A DNA stretch of 64,000 bases from the NCBI GenBank assembly GCA_965203475.1, contig OZ241890.1:2089423-2153422 (forward strand), read 5' to 3'. The translations under genes and the position numbers were made by a program. Shown one piece after another: positions 1 to 13,001 of the stretch (positions are counted from its first letter, which is position 1; the number at the start of each line of letters is the position of its first letter). The notes under the pieces are model-generated. The model was not told the origin of the DNA. It did not search any database and saw only the letters and a list, made by a program, of their open reading frames with translations. Source of the stretch: Gammaproteobacteria bacterium (GTDB taxonomy: Bacteria; Pseudomonadota; Gammaproteobacteria; UBA4575).

Positions 1-1788
<1,788 letters not shown>

Positions 1789-1826
1789 CTTAAAAATTAA
1801 AATGAAATATAATTGATAAGTAGAAT

Positions 1827-2300
1827 TTACAAAGTTCCTGTATGGCCAAAACCGCCTTCACCGCGATCACTTTGTGTAAATTCTTCTACGATATGAAATT
1901 CAGTTTGCACAATCGGCAGAATTACTAGCTGTGCAATTCGATCTCCGATGTTCACTTCAAAATTGTCATGCCCACGGTTCCATAGCGACACCATTAATGG
2001 GCCTTGGTAGTCAGAGTCGATCAGACCAACCAAATTTCCCAACACAATCCCGTGTTTATGCCCTAATCCGGAGCGTGGCAAGATGGTCGCTGCAAGACCT
2101 GGGTCTTGTATATACATAGAAATACCCGTGGGTATTAATACAGATTCACCCGGTTTAACAACAGTTTTTTCATCGATGCAAGCGCGCAAATCCATGCCAG
2201 CAGAGCCTGAGGTAGCATAGGTGGGCAATGGAATTTCGTTGCCGATGCGGTTATCGAGGATTTTGATTTCGGTCTTTTGCGTTTTTAAGGAGCGTGACAT
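1827..2300 (-). CDS. dut: dUTP diphosphatase
   Basis: 157 aa, near-collinear with E. coli Dut ([36 protein letters not shown]). Start at 2300 overlaps the coaBC 3' end by 50 nt. Confidence 0.9.
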   Translation of the reverse strand: MSRSLKTQKTEIKILDNRIGNEIPLPTYATSGSAGMDLRACIDEKTVVKPGESVLIPTGISMYIQDPGLAATILPRSGLGHKHGIVLGNLVGLIDSDYQGPLMVSLWNRGHDNFEVNIGDRIAQLVILPIVQTEFHIVEEFTQSDRGEGGFGHTGTL

Positions 2301-3510
2301 TGCTGCGTTTAAATGTATTGGCGTAACGGTTTGCGATTAAGCTAATTAGTTTTCTTGCAATTTTAGATTTTTTATCATGCTCAAGTGTGCAATGTCCACC
2401 ATTCCAAAATATTTCTAAGGCATTTTCATCACTGTCAAAACCAATTTCGGGGTTAGATACATCATTCCCTGCAATCATATCCAGTCGTTTTAGTTCTAAT
2501 TTTTGTTGGGCCAATTTTTTAAGCTCTCGCGTTTCTGCCGCAAATCCAACTACAAAGGGCTTGTCTTCCAATTTTGCAACTTCCGCGACAATGTCAGGAT
2601 TTCGTACCAATGAAATAGAAATATCTTCATGCAATTTTTTAATTTTTTCAGGCTGCTTATCTATGGGTCGATAATCCGCTACCGCTGCACAGCTGATAAA
2701 TATTTGTTGCTCGTCGATGATTTGTTGAACAGCTTCATACATTTCTTGTGCAGTATTCACAGAAGTGCATTCAATATCTTCGGATACTTCTAATGCCACC
2801 GGTCCTGAGATTAAATTCACTTTTGCGCCAGCATCACGCGCCGCTTCGGCTAAGGCATAACCCATGCGACCTGAACTTCGATTACTAATATATCGAATAG
2901 GATCAATCGGTTCATGAGTAGGCCCTGCCGTAATTAATACCTGCACTCCGGAAAGCTCTCCAGTGTTAAACAAATTACTTAATGAAAGTAGCAATTGATG
3001 TGGCTCAAACATGCGGCCCTCACCGACATCTCCACAGGCTTGTTTGCCAGCCGCTGGACCAAAAAATAATACACCGCGTTTTTTCAACACTTCATAATTT
3101 TCTTGTGTGGCCGCATTGGCCCACATGGCTTGATTCATTGCGGGCGCAATCGCAATTGGAGCCTGTGTTGCAAGACATACACTGCTGAGTAAATTATCTG
3201 CACCTCCATGGGTTAGTTTCGCAATAGTGTTAGCGCTCGCGGGCGCAATGAGTATGGCATCCGCCCAACGTGCCAATGTAATGTGATCCATACCATGTTC
3301 TGATTCAGGGCTCTCAAACTCATCACTTGTAACAGGATGCCCAGAGAGCGCTTGGAAAGTCAGCGGAGTAATGAATTCCTTGGCTGATTTAGTCATTATC
3401 ACGCGCACTTGCGCTCCCGCCTGAGTAAGTTCGCGCACTAAATCCGCACTTTTATAAGCGGCAATACTGCCCGTGATACCGAGCAAAACATTTTTATTGG
3501 CTAAAGACAT
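2251..3510 (-). CDS. coaBC: bifunctional phosphopantothenoylcysteine decarboxylase/synthetase
   Basis: 419 aa. N-terminal flavoprotein domain ([12 protein letters not shown]) plus C-terminal DFP/CoaB domain. Confidence 0.85.
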   Translation of the reverse strand: MSLANKNVLLGITGSIAAYKSADLVRELTQAGAQVRVIMTKSAKEFITPLTFQALSGHPVTSDEFESPESEHGMDHITLARWADAILIAPASANTIAKLTHGGADNLLSSVCLATQAPIAIAPAMNQAMWANAATQENYEVLKKRGVLFFGPAAGKQACGDVGEGRMFEPHQLLLSLSNLFNTGELSGVQVLITAGPTHEPIDPIRYISNRSSGRMGYALAEAARDAGAKVNLISGPVALEVSEDIECTSVNTAQEMYEAVQQIIDEQQIFISCAAVADYRPIDKQPEKIKKLHEDISISLVRNPDIVAEVAKLEDKPFVVGFAAETRELKKLAQQKLELKRLDMIAGNDVSNPEIGFDSDENALEIFWNGGHCTLEHDKKSKIARKLISLIANRYANTFKRSNVTLLKNAKDRNQNPR

Positions 3511-3608
3511 ACTTTAAGTCTATCAAATAAACTCTAGATAGTGTTTTAATTAACCTAAAGGTTCCAACCGTTAGTCAATAATCGTAAGAAATACTTATAT
3601 ATTAAATT

Positions 3609-4280
3609 ATGGCGATATCTGATTGGCCAGTGTCTGAACGTCCACGTGAAAGGCTGTTATCCCAGGGCCCGCAGGTTTTATCCGATGCAGAGCTGTTGGC
3701 GATTTTTTTACGCACAGGTGTAAAGGGAAAGTCAGCGGTTGATCTTGCGCGTCAATTACTCGACGAATTTGGTAGTTTGCGAAATCTGTTAAGTGCCGAT
3801 GTACAAAGTTTTTGTCAAGCTAAGGGATTGGGCGAAGCAAAATTTGTGCAACTACAAGCTTCTATGGAAATGGCACGACGTTACTTACAAGAATCTTTAT
3901 CTCGTGAAGGGCCTTTATCCAATCCGCAAGATGCAAAAGAGTTTTTGTTAATGCGCATGCGCGATTATACAAAAGAAGTTTTCGCTTGTTTGTTTTTGGA
4001 TTCAAAAAATAAAGTAATTATATTTGAAGAAATTTTTGTGGGCTCATTAAATTCTACAGAAGTACATCCACGTGAAATCGTCAAACGTGTACTAAAACAT
4101 AATGCACATGCAGTAATATTTGCCCACAATCATCCTTCAGGTGATGTGGCGCCAAGTCAAAGCGATATCGAAATTACAAAAAATTTACAAGACGCATTAG
4201 CACTTGTAAACGTCAAAGTTTTTGACCATTTTGTAGTTGGAGACTCAGTACAATCCTTAGCCGAACTTGGTCATCTTTAA
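3609..4280 (+). CDS. radC: RadC-like JAB/MPN domain protein (UPF0758)
   Basis: 223 aa. HhH N-terminus, JAMM motif HNHPSG...D. Confidence 0.8.
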   Translation: MAISDWPVSERPRERLLSQGPQVLSDAELLAIFLRTGVKGKSAVDLARQLLDEFGSLRNLLSADVQSFCQAKGLGEAKFVQLQASMEMARRYLQESLSREGPLSNPQDAKEFLLMRMRDYTKEVFACLFLDSKNKVIIFEEIFVGSLNSTEVHPREIVKRVLKHNAHAVIFAHNHPSGDVAPSQSDIEITKNLQDALALVNVKVFDHFVVGDSVQSLAELGHL

Positions 4281-4287
4281 CAGTTAT

Positions 4288-4315
4288 AAAAAGCCTCAGC
4301 TAAAACCAAGGCTTT
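4288..4315. terminator. bidirectional hairpin between convergent radC and mscL
   Basis: aaaagcctcagctaaaaccaaggctttt: 8-bp stem flanked by A/T runs on both strands. Confidence 0.5.
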
Positions 4316-4331
4316 TATTATTAACGTTAGA

Positions 4332-4742
4332 TTACTTTTTAAGACTGTCCCTAATTTCGCGTAATAAAACAATATCTTCAGCAGGTGCTGCAGGTTTTTC
4401 TTCTTCTTTTCTTTTCATATTATTTAAGGCCTTAATGATTAAGAAAATAACAAACGCTATAATTAAAAAATTAATAAACGCTTGTATAAACGCGCCGTAA
4501 CCAAATACCGAAGCCCCTGCATCTTTGGCGGCTGCTAACGTTGCATAATTACCTTCACCTAAATTAATAAAGTGGTTGGTAAAATCTACACCTCCGGTGA
4601 ATAGCCCAATGATTGGCATTAATAAATCATCCACCAAGGAACCCACTACAGCAGATACAGCAGCGCCGATAATAATTCCAGTCGCCATATCCATCATGTT
4701 TCCTTTTATTGCAAATTCTTTAAATTCGCTGATCATGCCCAT
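4332..4742 (-). CDS. mscL: large-conductance mechanosensitive channel
   Basis: 136 aa. [29 protein letters not shown] matches the MscL N-terminus and TM1. Confidence 0.9.
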   Translation of the reverse strand: MGMISEFKEFAIKGNMMDMATGIIIGAAVSAVVGSLVDDLLMPIIGLFTGGVDFTNHFINLGEGNYATLAAAKDAGASVFGYGAFIQAFINFLIIAFVIFLIIKALNNMKRKEEEKPAAPAEDIVLLREIRDSLKK

Positions 4743-4833
4743 AACATCCCTCCTAACTTTTGTTGTCGTTACGCAAATGTAGGAAAACTGTAAATAGAGG
4801 TCGTTGCAAATGCAACTAAAGGTTTCAATCAGG

Positions 4834-5976
4834 CTATTGAGTAACCTTGACTAGATTTTCAACTAGTTGATCTACATGCTGTGCTTCATGTGCTGCTGAA
4901 AATGTTACTCGCAGGCGCGCTTGATTCTTCGGTACAGTGGGCGGGCGAATTGCAGATACCAAAATCCCCTGTTCAAGCAATTTTTTACTAGTTTTAATAG
5001 CCTGTTGGGCCTTGCCCAGCACGATCGGTTGAATGGGTGTCTGTGACGCTGAAAGTGTGATGCCCTCTTGCTTGCAGGATTGACGAAATTGCGTGACTAA
5101 ACTTGTTAGTTTTTCTCTTCGCCAAGACTCTGTTTGCAAAAGTTTCAGACTGGTGCGTGTGGCCTCGGCCACTGCGGGCGGTGTTGCAGTGGTATACATA
5201 TAAGTACGTGACTGTTGAATTAACCATTCAATAATCTCTTGTTTGGCGACTACAAAGGCGCCAAATGTTCCCAGCGCTTTGCCCAAGGTACCCATTAATA
5301 AGGTTTCTCGATTTAAACAGTTTTCTGTAGTGCCTTTACCATCTTCTCCCAATACACCAATTCCATGGGCATCATCAATCAGCAAGGCACTATTATTTAA
5401 TTTTGCGATTTTTTGTAATTCTTGAAAGGGAGCAATCGTTCCGTCCATGCTAAACACCCCATCCGACACGATAAGAGAATGTTTTTGGTTAGTGTTTTTA
5501 AGCTTCGATTCAAGATCTTGTGTGTGTACATGTTTATAACGTTTAATTTTTGCCCTCGAAAGAATTCCCGCATCAATTAAAGATGCATGGTTGAGTCGAT
5601 CTTCAAAAACTATACTATTCCTGTTTGCAAGTACACTTATGATTCCTAGATTGGCCATGTAGCCAGTAGAAAATAATAACGCTTTTTCACAACCAAAAAA
5701 TTCGGCAAGTTCTTCTTCCAAAGCATGATGACTTGCATGATAACCAGTTATTAAATGCGAAGCGCCACTTCCTACACCAAATTTTTTTGCAGACGCAACA
5801 AAGCTTTCTAACACTGTAGGGTGATTTGCTAATCCTAAATAATCATTACTGCAAAAAGATAAAACTTTTTTTCCATTAATTACGGGATCGATTTGTTGCG
5901 CTGTAGAGTTTATATTGCGCGTGCGAAATAAGTGCTCTTGTTTAAGCGTATCTAGCGCATCTGCTAGATTTTTCAT
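4834..5976 (-). CDS. bioF: 8-amino-7-oxononanoate synthase
   Basis: 380 aa class-II aminotransferase fold. PLP-lysine region SGTLGKALG. Adjacent to bioB. Confidence 0.8.
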   Translation of the reverse strand: MKNLADALDTLKQEHLFRTRNINSTAQQIDPVINGKKVLSFCSNDYLGLANHPTVLESFVASAKKFGVGSGASHLITGYHASHHALEEELAEFFGCEKALLFSTGYMANLGIISVLANRNSIVFEDRLNHASLIDAGILSRAKIKRYKHVHTQDLESKLKNTNQKHSLIVSDGVFSMDGTIAPFQELQKIAKLNNSALLIDDAHGIGVLGEDGKGTTENCLNRETLLMGTLGKALGTFGAFVVAKQEIIEWLIQQSRTYMYTTATPPAVAEATRTSLKLLQTESWRREKLTSLVTQFRQSCKQEGITLSASQTPIQPIVLGKAQQAIKTSKKLLEQGILVSAIRPPTVPKNQARLRVTFSAAHEAQHVDQLVENLVKVTQ

Positions 5977-5985
5977 GAATAATAT

Positions 5986-6969
5986 TTAATTCGTAGTTAT
6001 GGGTTGTGGTTCATTAATACTATCGGCTTGTATGCCAAGTCGATTAAATAAGGCTTGGTCTTTATTGGTTGCAGGATTATCAGCGGTTAATAAAGTTTCA
6101 CCATAAAAAATTGAATTAGCGCCTGCAAAAAAACATAAAGCCTGAGTTTGATCATTCATATCATCACGACCAGCTGATAATCGCACATAGGACATTGGCA
6201 TTAATATTCGTGCGACCGCAATCGTGCGTATAAATTCAAAAGCATCTAGTTTTTCAATGCCGTGCAAGGGCGTGCCCTTAATTTGAATTAACATATTGAT
6301 GGGTACAGATTCTGGGTGTTCAGGCAAGCAGGCAAGCTGATGTAATAGACCAGCACGGTCAACACGTGACTCACCCATGCCTAAAATTCCACCACAACAT
6401 ACATTAATATCCGCATTTCGCACATGCTGTAACGTTTGCATGCGATCGTCATACGTGCGTGTCGTAATAATGTTGCCGTAAAATTCTGGAGAGGTATCTA
6501 AATTATGATTGTAGTAATCCAATCCAGCCTGTTTTAAGCGCTGTGCTTGTTCGGCGGTGAGCATACCGAGTGTGACACAGGTTTCGAGCCCCAGTTGTTT
6601 CACTTCCTGAATCATCTCGATTACATAATCGATATGTTTATCCGTGGGGCTGCGCCAAGCAGCCCCCATGCAAAATCGACTGGCGCCATTTTGTTTAGCC
6701 ACTAATGCATTTTCTTTGACTTCTTCGAGGGGCAATAAGCGCTCACGTTCTATATTAGTGTCGTAATGACCACTTTGTGGGCAATAAGCACAGTCTTCTG
6801 AGCAGGCGCCGGTTTTAATAGATAATAAGGTACTTACTTGGACCTTGTTAGGGTCATGATGCTCACGAAAAATACAATGAGCGTGATGCAGAAGATCATT
6901 AAAGGGAAGTTCAAACAGCTTTATTATTTCTGTCTTCTTCCAATCATGCCGAACACTGTTATATTGCAT
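5986..6969 (-). CDS. bioB: biotin synthase
   Basis: 327 aa. Radical-SAM CxxxCxxC ([11 protein letters not shown]) and BioB C-terminal domain. Confidence 0.9.
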   Translation of the reverse strand: MQYNSVRHDWKKTEIIKLFELPFNDLLHHAHCIFREHHDPNKVQVSTLLSIKTGACSEDCAYCPQSGHYDTNIERERLLPLEEVKENALVAKQNGASRFCMGAAWRSPTDKHIDYVIEMIQEVKQLGLETCVTLGMLTAEQAQRLKQAGLDYYNHNLDTSPEFYGNIITTRTYDDRMQTLQHVRNADINVCCGGILGMGESRVDRAGLLHQLACLPEHPESVPINMLIQIKGTPLHGIEKLDAFEFIRTIAVARILMPMSYVRLSAGRDDMNDQTQALCFFAGANSIFYGETLLTADNPATNKDQALFNRLGIQADSINEPQPITTN

Positions 6970-7037
6970 AAATAAGGAGTCGTATCATTTAGAAAGAATA
7001 GCAAGTCTATGCGATTGCGCTAGGCTGTCAACTGGGG

Positions 7038-7763
7038 ATGCAAGTAACTACCTATTTACATAAGTTTTTATCAATACTCTACCCGAGTATCTGCTTACAC
7101 TGTGGCGATCAAGGTGAGGCAGATTTCGAGCTATGCGCACGTTGCAAACATACATTACCTTGGATTCGCTATGCCTGCCTACAATGTGGGCTGCCATTAA
7201 CCACGCACAATGCTTCAAGTTGTGGCGCGTGCAGCAATAGAACATTGTACTTCGAAAAAACCATAACCCCTTTTTTATATGATGATTTTATAAAAGAAGC
7301 CATACATCAATTTAAATTCAACAGTAAATTACATTATGGAAAGCTACTAGCGAATTTATTTACTGAATATATACAACAACGAAAAATACAACTACCTGAT
7401 GTATTAGTACCTGTGCCTTTATATAAAAAAAGAATACGTGAACGAGGATTTAATCAAGCCTTAGAAATTGCACGTATTGTTAATAAAAGCATAGGTGTGG
7501 ATATTCGTTATCGAGACATTAAACGTATACGCGATACAAAAACACAAATGGAATTACCAGCCAAACAAAGACAAAGCAATGTAAAAAATGCTTTTGAAAT
7601 CATAAATTCAAAATATTCATTCAAGAATATGCGTGTCGCGGTACTAGATGATGTAATGACAACAGGCAATACTGTCAATGAGGTGGCGAAATGCTTAAAA
7701 ACAGCAGGCGCTAAACAAGTAGATGCATGGTGTATTGCACGTGTAATAGCGAAATCGCAGTAG
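7038..7763 (+). CDS. comF: ComF-family protein (Cys4 zinc finger plus phosphoribosyltransferase domain)
   Basis: 241 aa. N-terminal CxxC...CxxC pairs. PRTase motif VAVLDDVMTTGNTV. Confidence 0.75.
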   Translation: MQVTTYLHKFLSILYPSICLHCGDQGEADFELCARCKHTLPWIRYACLQCGLPLTTHNASSCGACSNRTLYFEKTITPFLYDDFIKEAIHQFKFNSKLHYGKLLANLFTEYIQQRKIQLPDVLVPVPLYKKRIRERGFNQALEIARIVNKSIGVDIRYRDIKRIRDTKTQMELPAKQRQSNVKNAFEIINSKYSFKNMRVAVLDDVMTTGNTVNEVAKCLKTAGAKQVDAWCIARVIAKSQ

Positions 7764-7817
7764 TGAAATGAATGGTACTGACCTGATGCTCACATAGATA
7801 CATAACAGGAGCCAGAT

Positions 7818-8189
7818 ATGAACGATAAAACTCTTTATGAACGCCTAGGTGGTTACGAAGGAGTAATCGCTTTTGTTGAGGACTTATTACCACGCTTAGA
7901 ATCTGATCCACAGTTGGGGCGGTTTTGGCAACATCGAGGTGATGATGGTGTAGCAAGAGAAAAACAATTACTCATTGATTATTTATGTGCGAATGCTGGC
8001 GGGCCTATGTACTACACTGGACGCGATATGAAAACTTCGCATGTTGGTATGAAAATAAGTGAAAGTGATTGGTCAATATTCATGGGCCATGCAGGAGAGA
8101 CAATGAAAGCTTTAAAAGTTTCTGACCAAGAATGTAATGAAATTGCGGAGTTTGTCACGAGTTTGAAATCAGATATTGTTGAAGTTTAA
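7818..8189 (+). CDS. glbN: truncated (2/2) haemoglobin, group I-like
   Basis: 123 aa. LYERLGG...FY start and overall trHb pattern. Strong AGGAG SD 8 nt upstream. Confidence 0.7.
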   Translation: MNDKTLYERLGGYEGVIAFVEDLLPRLESDPQLGRFWQHRGDDGVAREKQLLIDYLCANAGGPMYYTGRDMKTSHVGMKISESDWSIFMGHAGETMKALKVSDQECNEIAEFVTSLKSDIVEV

Positions 8190-8297
8190 TGTCTGCTCCG
8201 ATCCTGAGCACAGGACGTGCGAATAAGAGTTACAACAGAGATGTTGTATCAAATTTAAACTTTTATAATGTCCGTTAACGACCCAAAGCGGACATAA
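8186..8297. repeat. MITE/REP-like repeat copy A (hairpin core 8268..8295)
   Basis: ...acaaacttttataATGTCCGttaacgacccaaagCGGACATaa shares the terminal hairpin and the acaaactt-aaaatgtc block with copies at 8978, 9447, 62971 and 63666. Confidence 0.7.
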
Positions 8298-8323
8298 CAT
8301 CAATTTACGAGTTAGACTTTCTG

Positions 8324-8980
8324 ATGAACAATCAAGTGCAGCGATTAATATTAATTTTAGTTGTCCTAACTTTACAATCGTGTGCAAATCAAGGGATCTA
8401 CTCGAGTCAGTACCTGAAAAAGGATAATGAGCCAAATGAATTTACTTCTGATGTGATAGGTGTCGAATTGACACTACCCAGAGGAACAGAATGGGAATTG
8501 GCACACGATAAAGCGAGTAGTGACGAATATATTAAGGAATGGATTCCCAAAGGCGAAAGTATAAATACTTATTCCTGGATTATAGTTGAACAGAAACTGC
8601 ATTTTGGTCACTCAGATACTGCACTAACAACGCATTTGACATTATTTGATGTTGCAAGAAAGGCATGTGTAGATGTGTTAGTTTTTGGTCCAGATCAGAT
8701 TGATGTTAATGGGCATAAAACTACAGCAGGCCGTGCGATATGTTCAAATCAAAGAGGAAAAAGTTACGGCACACTAATGGATCAAAGGATAATTGCTAGT
8801 GGTAACTATGCTTTTATTATTACTAGCGAATTAAGGACACCTCCAAGTAATAAAGCTGGTGTTATTAAGTTTGAAAATCAGTATGACTCAGCATTACTTT
8901 CGAGAAGGCAAGACGTATCCTCTAAATTTATTAGACAAAATTTGAAGGTATGTTTTAAATCTACGGGGACATGTGAATGA
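8324..8980 (+). CDS. hypothetical lipoprotein
   Basis: 218 aa. Signal peptide with lipobox-like LTLQSC. No recognisable catalytic motif. Confidence 0.5.
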   Translation: MNNQVQRLILILVVLTLQSCANQGIYSSQYLKKDNEPNEFTSDVIGVELTLPRGTEWELAHDKASSDEYIKEWIPKGESINTYSWIIVEQKLHFGHSDTALTTHLTLFDVARKACVDVLVFGPDQIDVNGHKTTAGRAICSNQRGKSYGTLMDQRIIASGNYAFIITSELRTPPSNKAGVIKFENQYDSALLSRRQDVSSKFIRQNLKVCFKSTGTCE

Positions 8981-9080
8981 CCGCTAACGGCCGAATGCAG
9001 ACATAATTTGAGGGATAACAGGTTAGAATCAAGTAATTACAAACTTAAAATGTCTGTTAACAATCCAAAGCGGACATTCT
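8978..9080. repeat. MITE/REP-like repeat copy B
   Basis: tgaccgctaacggccgaatgcagacataatttgagggataacaggttagaatcaagtaattacaaacttaaaatgtctgttaacaatccaaagcggacat. Starts on the stop codon of the lipoprotein gene. Confidence 0.75.
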
Positions 9081-9102
9081 AATTATTAACTACTAATACC
9101 AA

Positions 9103-9429
9103 ATGGAAGCATTTGCTGAAATAAATTGTGCAAATATTAAAGATTGGGATTCATTCCACGATGAGTTTCAATCCGCAATGGGCTTTTTTGAAGGATATGG
9201 GAGAAACTTAAATGCGTGGATTGATTGTATGGGTGATATGTATACCAATGGAGAATACGAGAGCCTAACTAAGTTTAATTTAAATGATGGTGACAGATTC
9301 ACGTTAGTACTTAGAAATTCAGAAATGTTTGCAAAAAATTATCCTGGCATACTCCAGGCATTTTCAGAATGCGCAGCATCTGTAAATACAGGAGAAAATA
9401 AGACACATTTTTATGTCGAATTTAAGTAA
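9103..9429 (+). CDS. barstar-like RNase inhibitor (immunity protein, PF01337-like)
   Basis: 108 aa. IN..NI..WDSFHDEF......FFEGYGRNLNAWIDCM aligns with barstar [37 protein letters not shown], and the C-terminal half also lines up with barstar. Confidence 0.65.
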   Translation: MEAFAEINCANIKDWDSFHDEFQSAMGFFEGYGRNLNAWIDCMGDMYTNGEYESLTKFNLNDGDRFTLVLRNSEMFAKNYPGILQAFSECAASVNTGENKTHFYVEFK

Positions 9430-9446
9430 ATCTAGTAATTATTTAA

Positions 9447-9550
9447 TGACCGCTTTTGACCGAAAGATGACATGATTGAGGATGAATCAGGTTGGAATCA
9501 ATGAACTACAAACTTAAAATGTCCGCTTCTGTCCGAAAGCGGACGTTTTA
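9447..9550. repeat. MITE/REP-like repeat copy C (strongest hairpin GTCCGCTT-n8-AAGCGGAC)
   Basis: tgaccgcttttgaccgaaagatgacatgattgaggatgaatcaggttggaatcaatgaactacaaacttaaaatgtccgcttctgtccgaaagcggacgtttta. Confidence 0.75.
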
Positions 9551-9706
9551 AATTAACCGAACTTTAATCTGTTGCATCGTCCCTGATGGAAATCTTATTC
9601 GCATATCCCTATGCTCACTATTGGCCGAAATCGGGCATTATAAAAAGATAGAATCTGTTCGAATCATCCAAGATTCGACTCATATTCGCGCATCCATGCG
9701 CTCAGG

Positions 9707-9757
9707 CACGAAAGCGGACGTTTTATATTCTTCTAACTTTAACCGGCTGCATCGTCC
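9707..9757. repeat. partial repeat (right-end module only), tandem to 9533..9582
   Basis: cgaaagcggacgttttatattcttctaactttaaccggctgcatcgtcc resembles ccgaaagcggacgttttaaattaaccgaactttaatctgttgcatcgtcc. Confidence 0.55.
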
Positions 9758-9773
9758 TAGCTCTCACTTGTGT

Positions 9774-10082
9774 TTAACTTGGCCAATCCAATTCAAACGG
9801 AAAAGGTCGGTCTTCTATATTAAAGGTTAAATAGAGAATAATCTGATTGGTGTATGTAGCCAATGACTTGCCAAAATCTTGTAGTTTCTGGTTCGTGTCA
9901 CCAGAAAACAGTACCCAAACAAATTGTACGACCACAACTGCGCCTACAACAATTCTAGAAATATAATAGAGAAAGGTGATAACCAGCATAAACACCAAAC
10001 GAAGCCAAATTGATTTGGATTTCAAGTTATGGGTTAATGAAGATTTTTCAGAAGAGGAAGAGGTATTTTCATTCATGACCAA
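9774..10082 (-). CDS. small hypothetical inner-membrane protein (two predicted TM helices)
   Basis: 102 aa. Ser-rich N-terminus, two hydrophobic helices, conserved-looking RPFPFELDW C-terminus. Confidence 0.45.
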   Translation of the reverse strand: MVMNENTSSSSEKSSLTHNLKSKSIWLRLVFMLVITFLYYISRIVVGAVVVVQFVWVLFSGDTNQKLQDFGKSLATYTNQIILYLTFNIEDRPFPFELDWPS

Positions 10083-10154
10083 TCCTTACCATAAACTAGT
10101 CAGTAGATAAAACTAAATATAGGGATAAAAAAATAGAATTCAAGCAGGAATTAT

Positions 10155-11027
10155 TCACAATGCTTTTGTTTTTAAATAATAGTCCAGTGCAATTCCGATA
10201 AAAATAATCAGACCATAATATTGGTTGTTTAAGAATGCATTAATACAGCGATCAGCTAAGCGATGTTTTAATAAGATATGCTGATAAATAAAAAATCCAA
10301 TACTAATTAAAATAAACAGATAATACACCCAACCCATATCAGCTTGGACCCCAACTAACACTAAACAAACCACAACGAACGCTTGTAGTATCGCGATTAC
10401 AAATTTATCCATTTCACCAAACAAAATAGCGGTGGATTTCACACCAATTCTTACATCATCTTCTCGGTCGGCCATGGCATACATGGTGTCATAGGCGGTG
10501 GTCCATAATACGGCTGAAGTAAAAAGTAGCCAGGCCAGTGGGGGTGGATAGGTGTTGGTGACAGCGGTAAAGGCCATGGGAATGGACCAGGCAAAGGCTA
10601 TGCCTAAGTGCACTTGTGGTAAGAAATGCAAGCGTTTCATAAAAGGATAACTGGCAGCCAACAAGACACCGCCGATAGCAAAATATAATGTCAGTCGATT
10701 TAAAACAAAAACTACTAATAAAAATGCAATAAGAATAAGTACTGTAAAAACCAGTAATGCATCTTTCGGTTGCAGTGCGCCACTGGCAAGTGGTCGTTGT
10801 CGGGTTCTGGCGACATGGGGATCAATGTCACGGTCAGCATAATCATTAATCGCACAACCGGCTGAACGCATTACGATCACACCTAAAATAAATACAACTA
10901 AAATTAATATGTCAGGCATTCCTTCTGCTGCAAACCAAAGCGCCCACAAGGTAGGCCACAACAAAAGAAAAATTCCAACAGGCTTGTCGAGGCGAACTAG
11001 TTTTGCGTATAAAAACAGTTTGTCCAC
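10155..11027 (-). CDS. ubiA: 4-hydroxybenzoate polyprenyltransferase
   Basis: 290 aa polytopic. UbiA motifs NDYADRDID and YDTMYAMADREDD. Confidence 0.85.
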   Translation of the reverse strand: MDKLFLYAKLVRLDKPVGIFLLLWPTLWALWFAAEGMPDILILVVFILGVIVMRSAGCAINDYADRDIDPHVARTRQRPLASGALQPKDALLVFTVLILIAFLLVVFVLNRLTLYFAIGGVLLAASYPFMKRLHFLPQVHLGIAFAWSIPMAFTAVTNTYPPPLAWLLFTSAVLWTTAYDTMYAMADREDDVRIGVKSTAILFGEMDKFVIAILQAFVVVCLVLVGVQADMGWVYYLFILISIGFFIYQHILLKHRLADRCINAFLNNQYYGLIIFIGIALDYYLKTKAL

Positions 11028-11031
11028 GCGC

Positions 11032-11916
11032 TTATAAGGTTGCAGGTTTGCTGTTGGGGCGGAAATAATGGTAAGCCATGCCCGTATCCGGGCGTTTGTT
11101 GCGCCACAAATAAAAAGCTTCTGCCGCTTGTTCTAATAACATACCAAAGCCATCTACCACGATGTTTGCATTATTATTTTTTGCCCATCGCATAAACGGT
11201 GTAGCAGAGTTACTATAAAAAAGATCATAACAACAGGTGTGTGCTTGAATAATTTCTGTAGGCAAATCAAGCTTATCACTTTGTAATGCAGCAGAAGTCG
11301 CATGTAGAACTAAATCAAATCCCTGTTTCGGAATTTCATGTAGACCACAATATTCAATTTCACCAAAAGCTTTAAAGTGTTCTGCAATGGCTTTAGCATT
11401 ACTAACGGTTCGATTTGCAAGCACCAGAGTTGCAGGTTTTTCATCCAGTAATGGCTCGACAATTCCTTGTGTGGCACCACCTGCACCAATGATTAAAATT
11501 TTTTTACTTTCTAACTGTAAACACTGTGATTTTTTTAAATCACGCAACAGTCCTATACCATCCGTATTAGCACCCAGATAGTTTCCATTTTCTTTTCTTA
11601 AAATGGTATTTACTGCACCAGCATGTTCCGCATAATCAGTGCATTCATTTACAAACTGAAAGGCGTTTACTTTGAATGGAACAGTGATGTTTAAACCTTT
11701 TCCACCGTTTTCAAAAAATTCATTAACAAAACTTTCAAATTCACCAACCTCTACTTGAATTTTTTCATAAGTAATATGTTCGCCGGTTTGATCGGCAAAC
11801 AGCAAATGAATATCGGGAGATTTGCTATGCGCAATCGGGTTCCCAATCACCGCATAACGGTCGATGGAGACTTCATCCGAGGTTTGATTCATGTCTGTGC
11901 AATCACTCAAAACCAA
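11032..11916 (-). CDS. aroE: shikimate dehydrogenase (true start probably MNQTSDE at 11892)
   Basis: YAVIGNPIAHSKSP substrate site and GAGGA Rossmann motif. Confidence 0.8.
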   Translation of the reverse strand: MVLSDCTDMNQTSDEVSIDRYAVIGNPIAHSKSPDIHLLFADQTGEHITYEKIQVEVGEFESFVNEFFENGGKGLNITVPFKVNAFQFVNECTDYAEHAGAVNTILRKENGNYLGANTDGIGLLRDLKKSQCLQLESKKILIIGAGGATQGIVEPLLDEKPATLVLANRTVSNAKAIAEHFKAFGEIEYCGLHEIPKQGFDLVLHATSAALQSDKLDLPTEIIQAHTCCYDLFYSNSATPFMRWAKNNNANIVVDGFGMLLEQAAEAFYLWRNKRPDTGMAYHYFRPNSKPATL

Positions 11917-11930
11917 TTGAGTAAAGAATA

Positions 11931-12932
<1,002 letters not shown>

Positions 12933-13001
12933 TTATGATAACAAAACCTACCGGCTCACTCTGTATGTTAGCTTCAAAGGGTTGCTTAATACAGACAAAA
13001 A

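Noticed and set aside
8324-8980. Lipoprotein as the missing barnase-like toxin for the barstar-like gene
   Set aside because: No barnase/BECR catalytic signature (E...R...H with the YxxD(H)YxTF context) is visible in the sequence. The association is positional only.
9621-9830. 69-aa ORF in the 9.6-9.8 kb gap
   Set aside because: It spans repeat-derived sequence (tail modules at 9533 and 9707), has no SD and includes the cgaaagcggacg hairpin. It is most likely non-coding.
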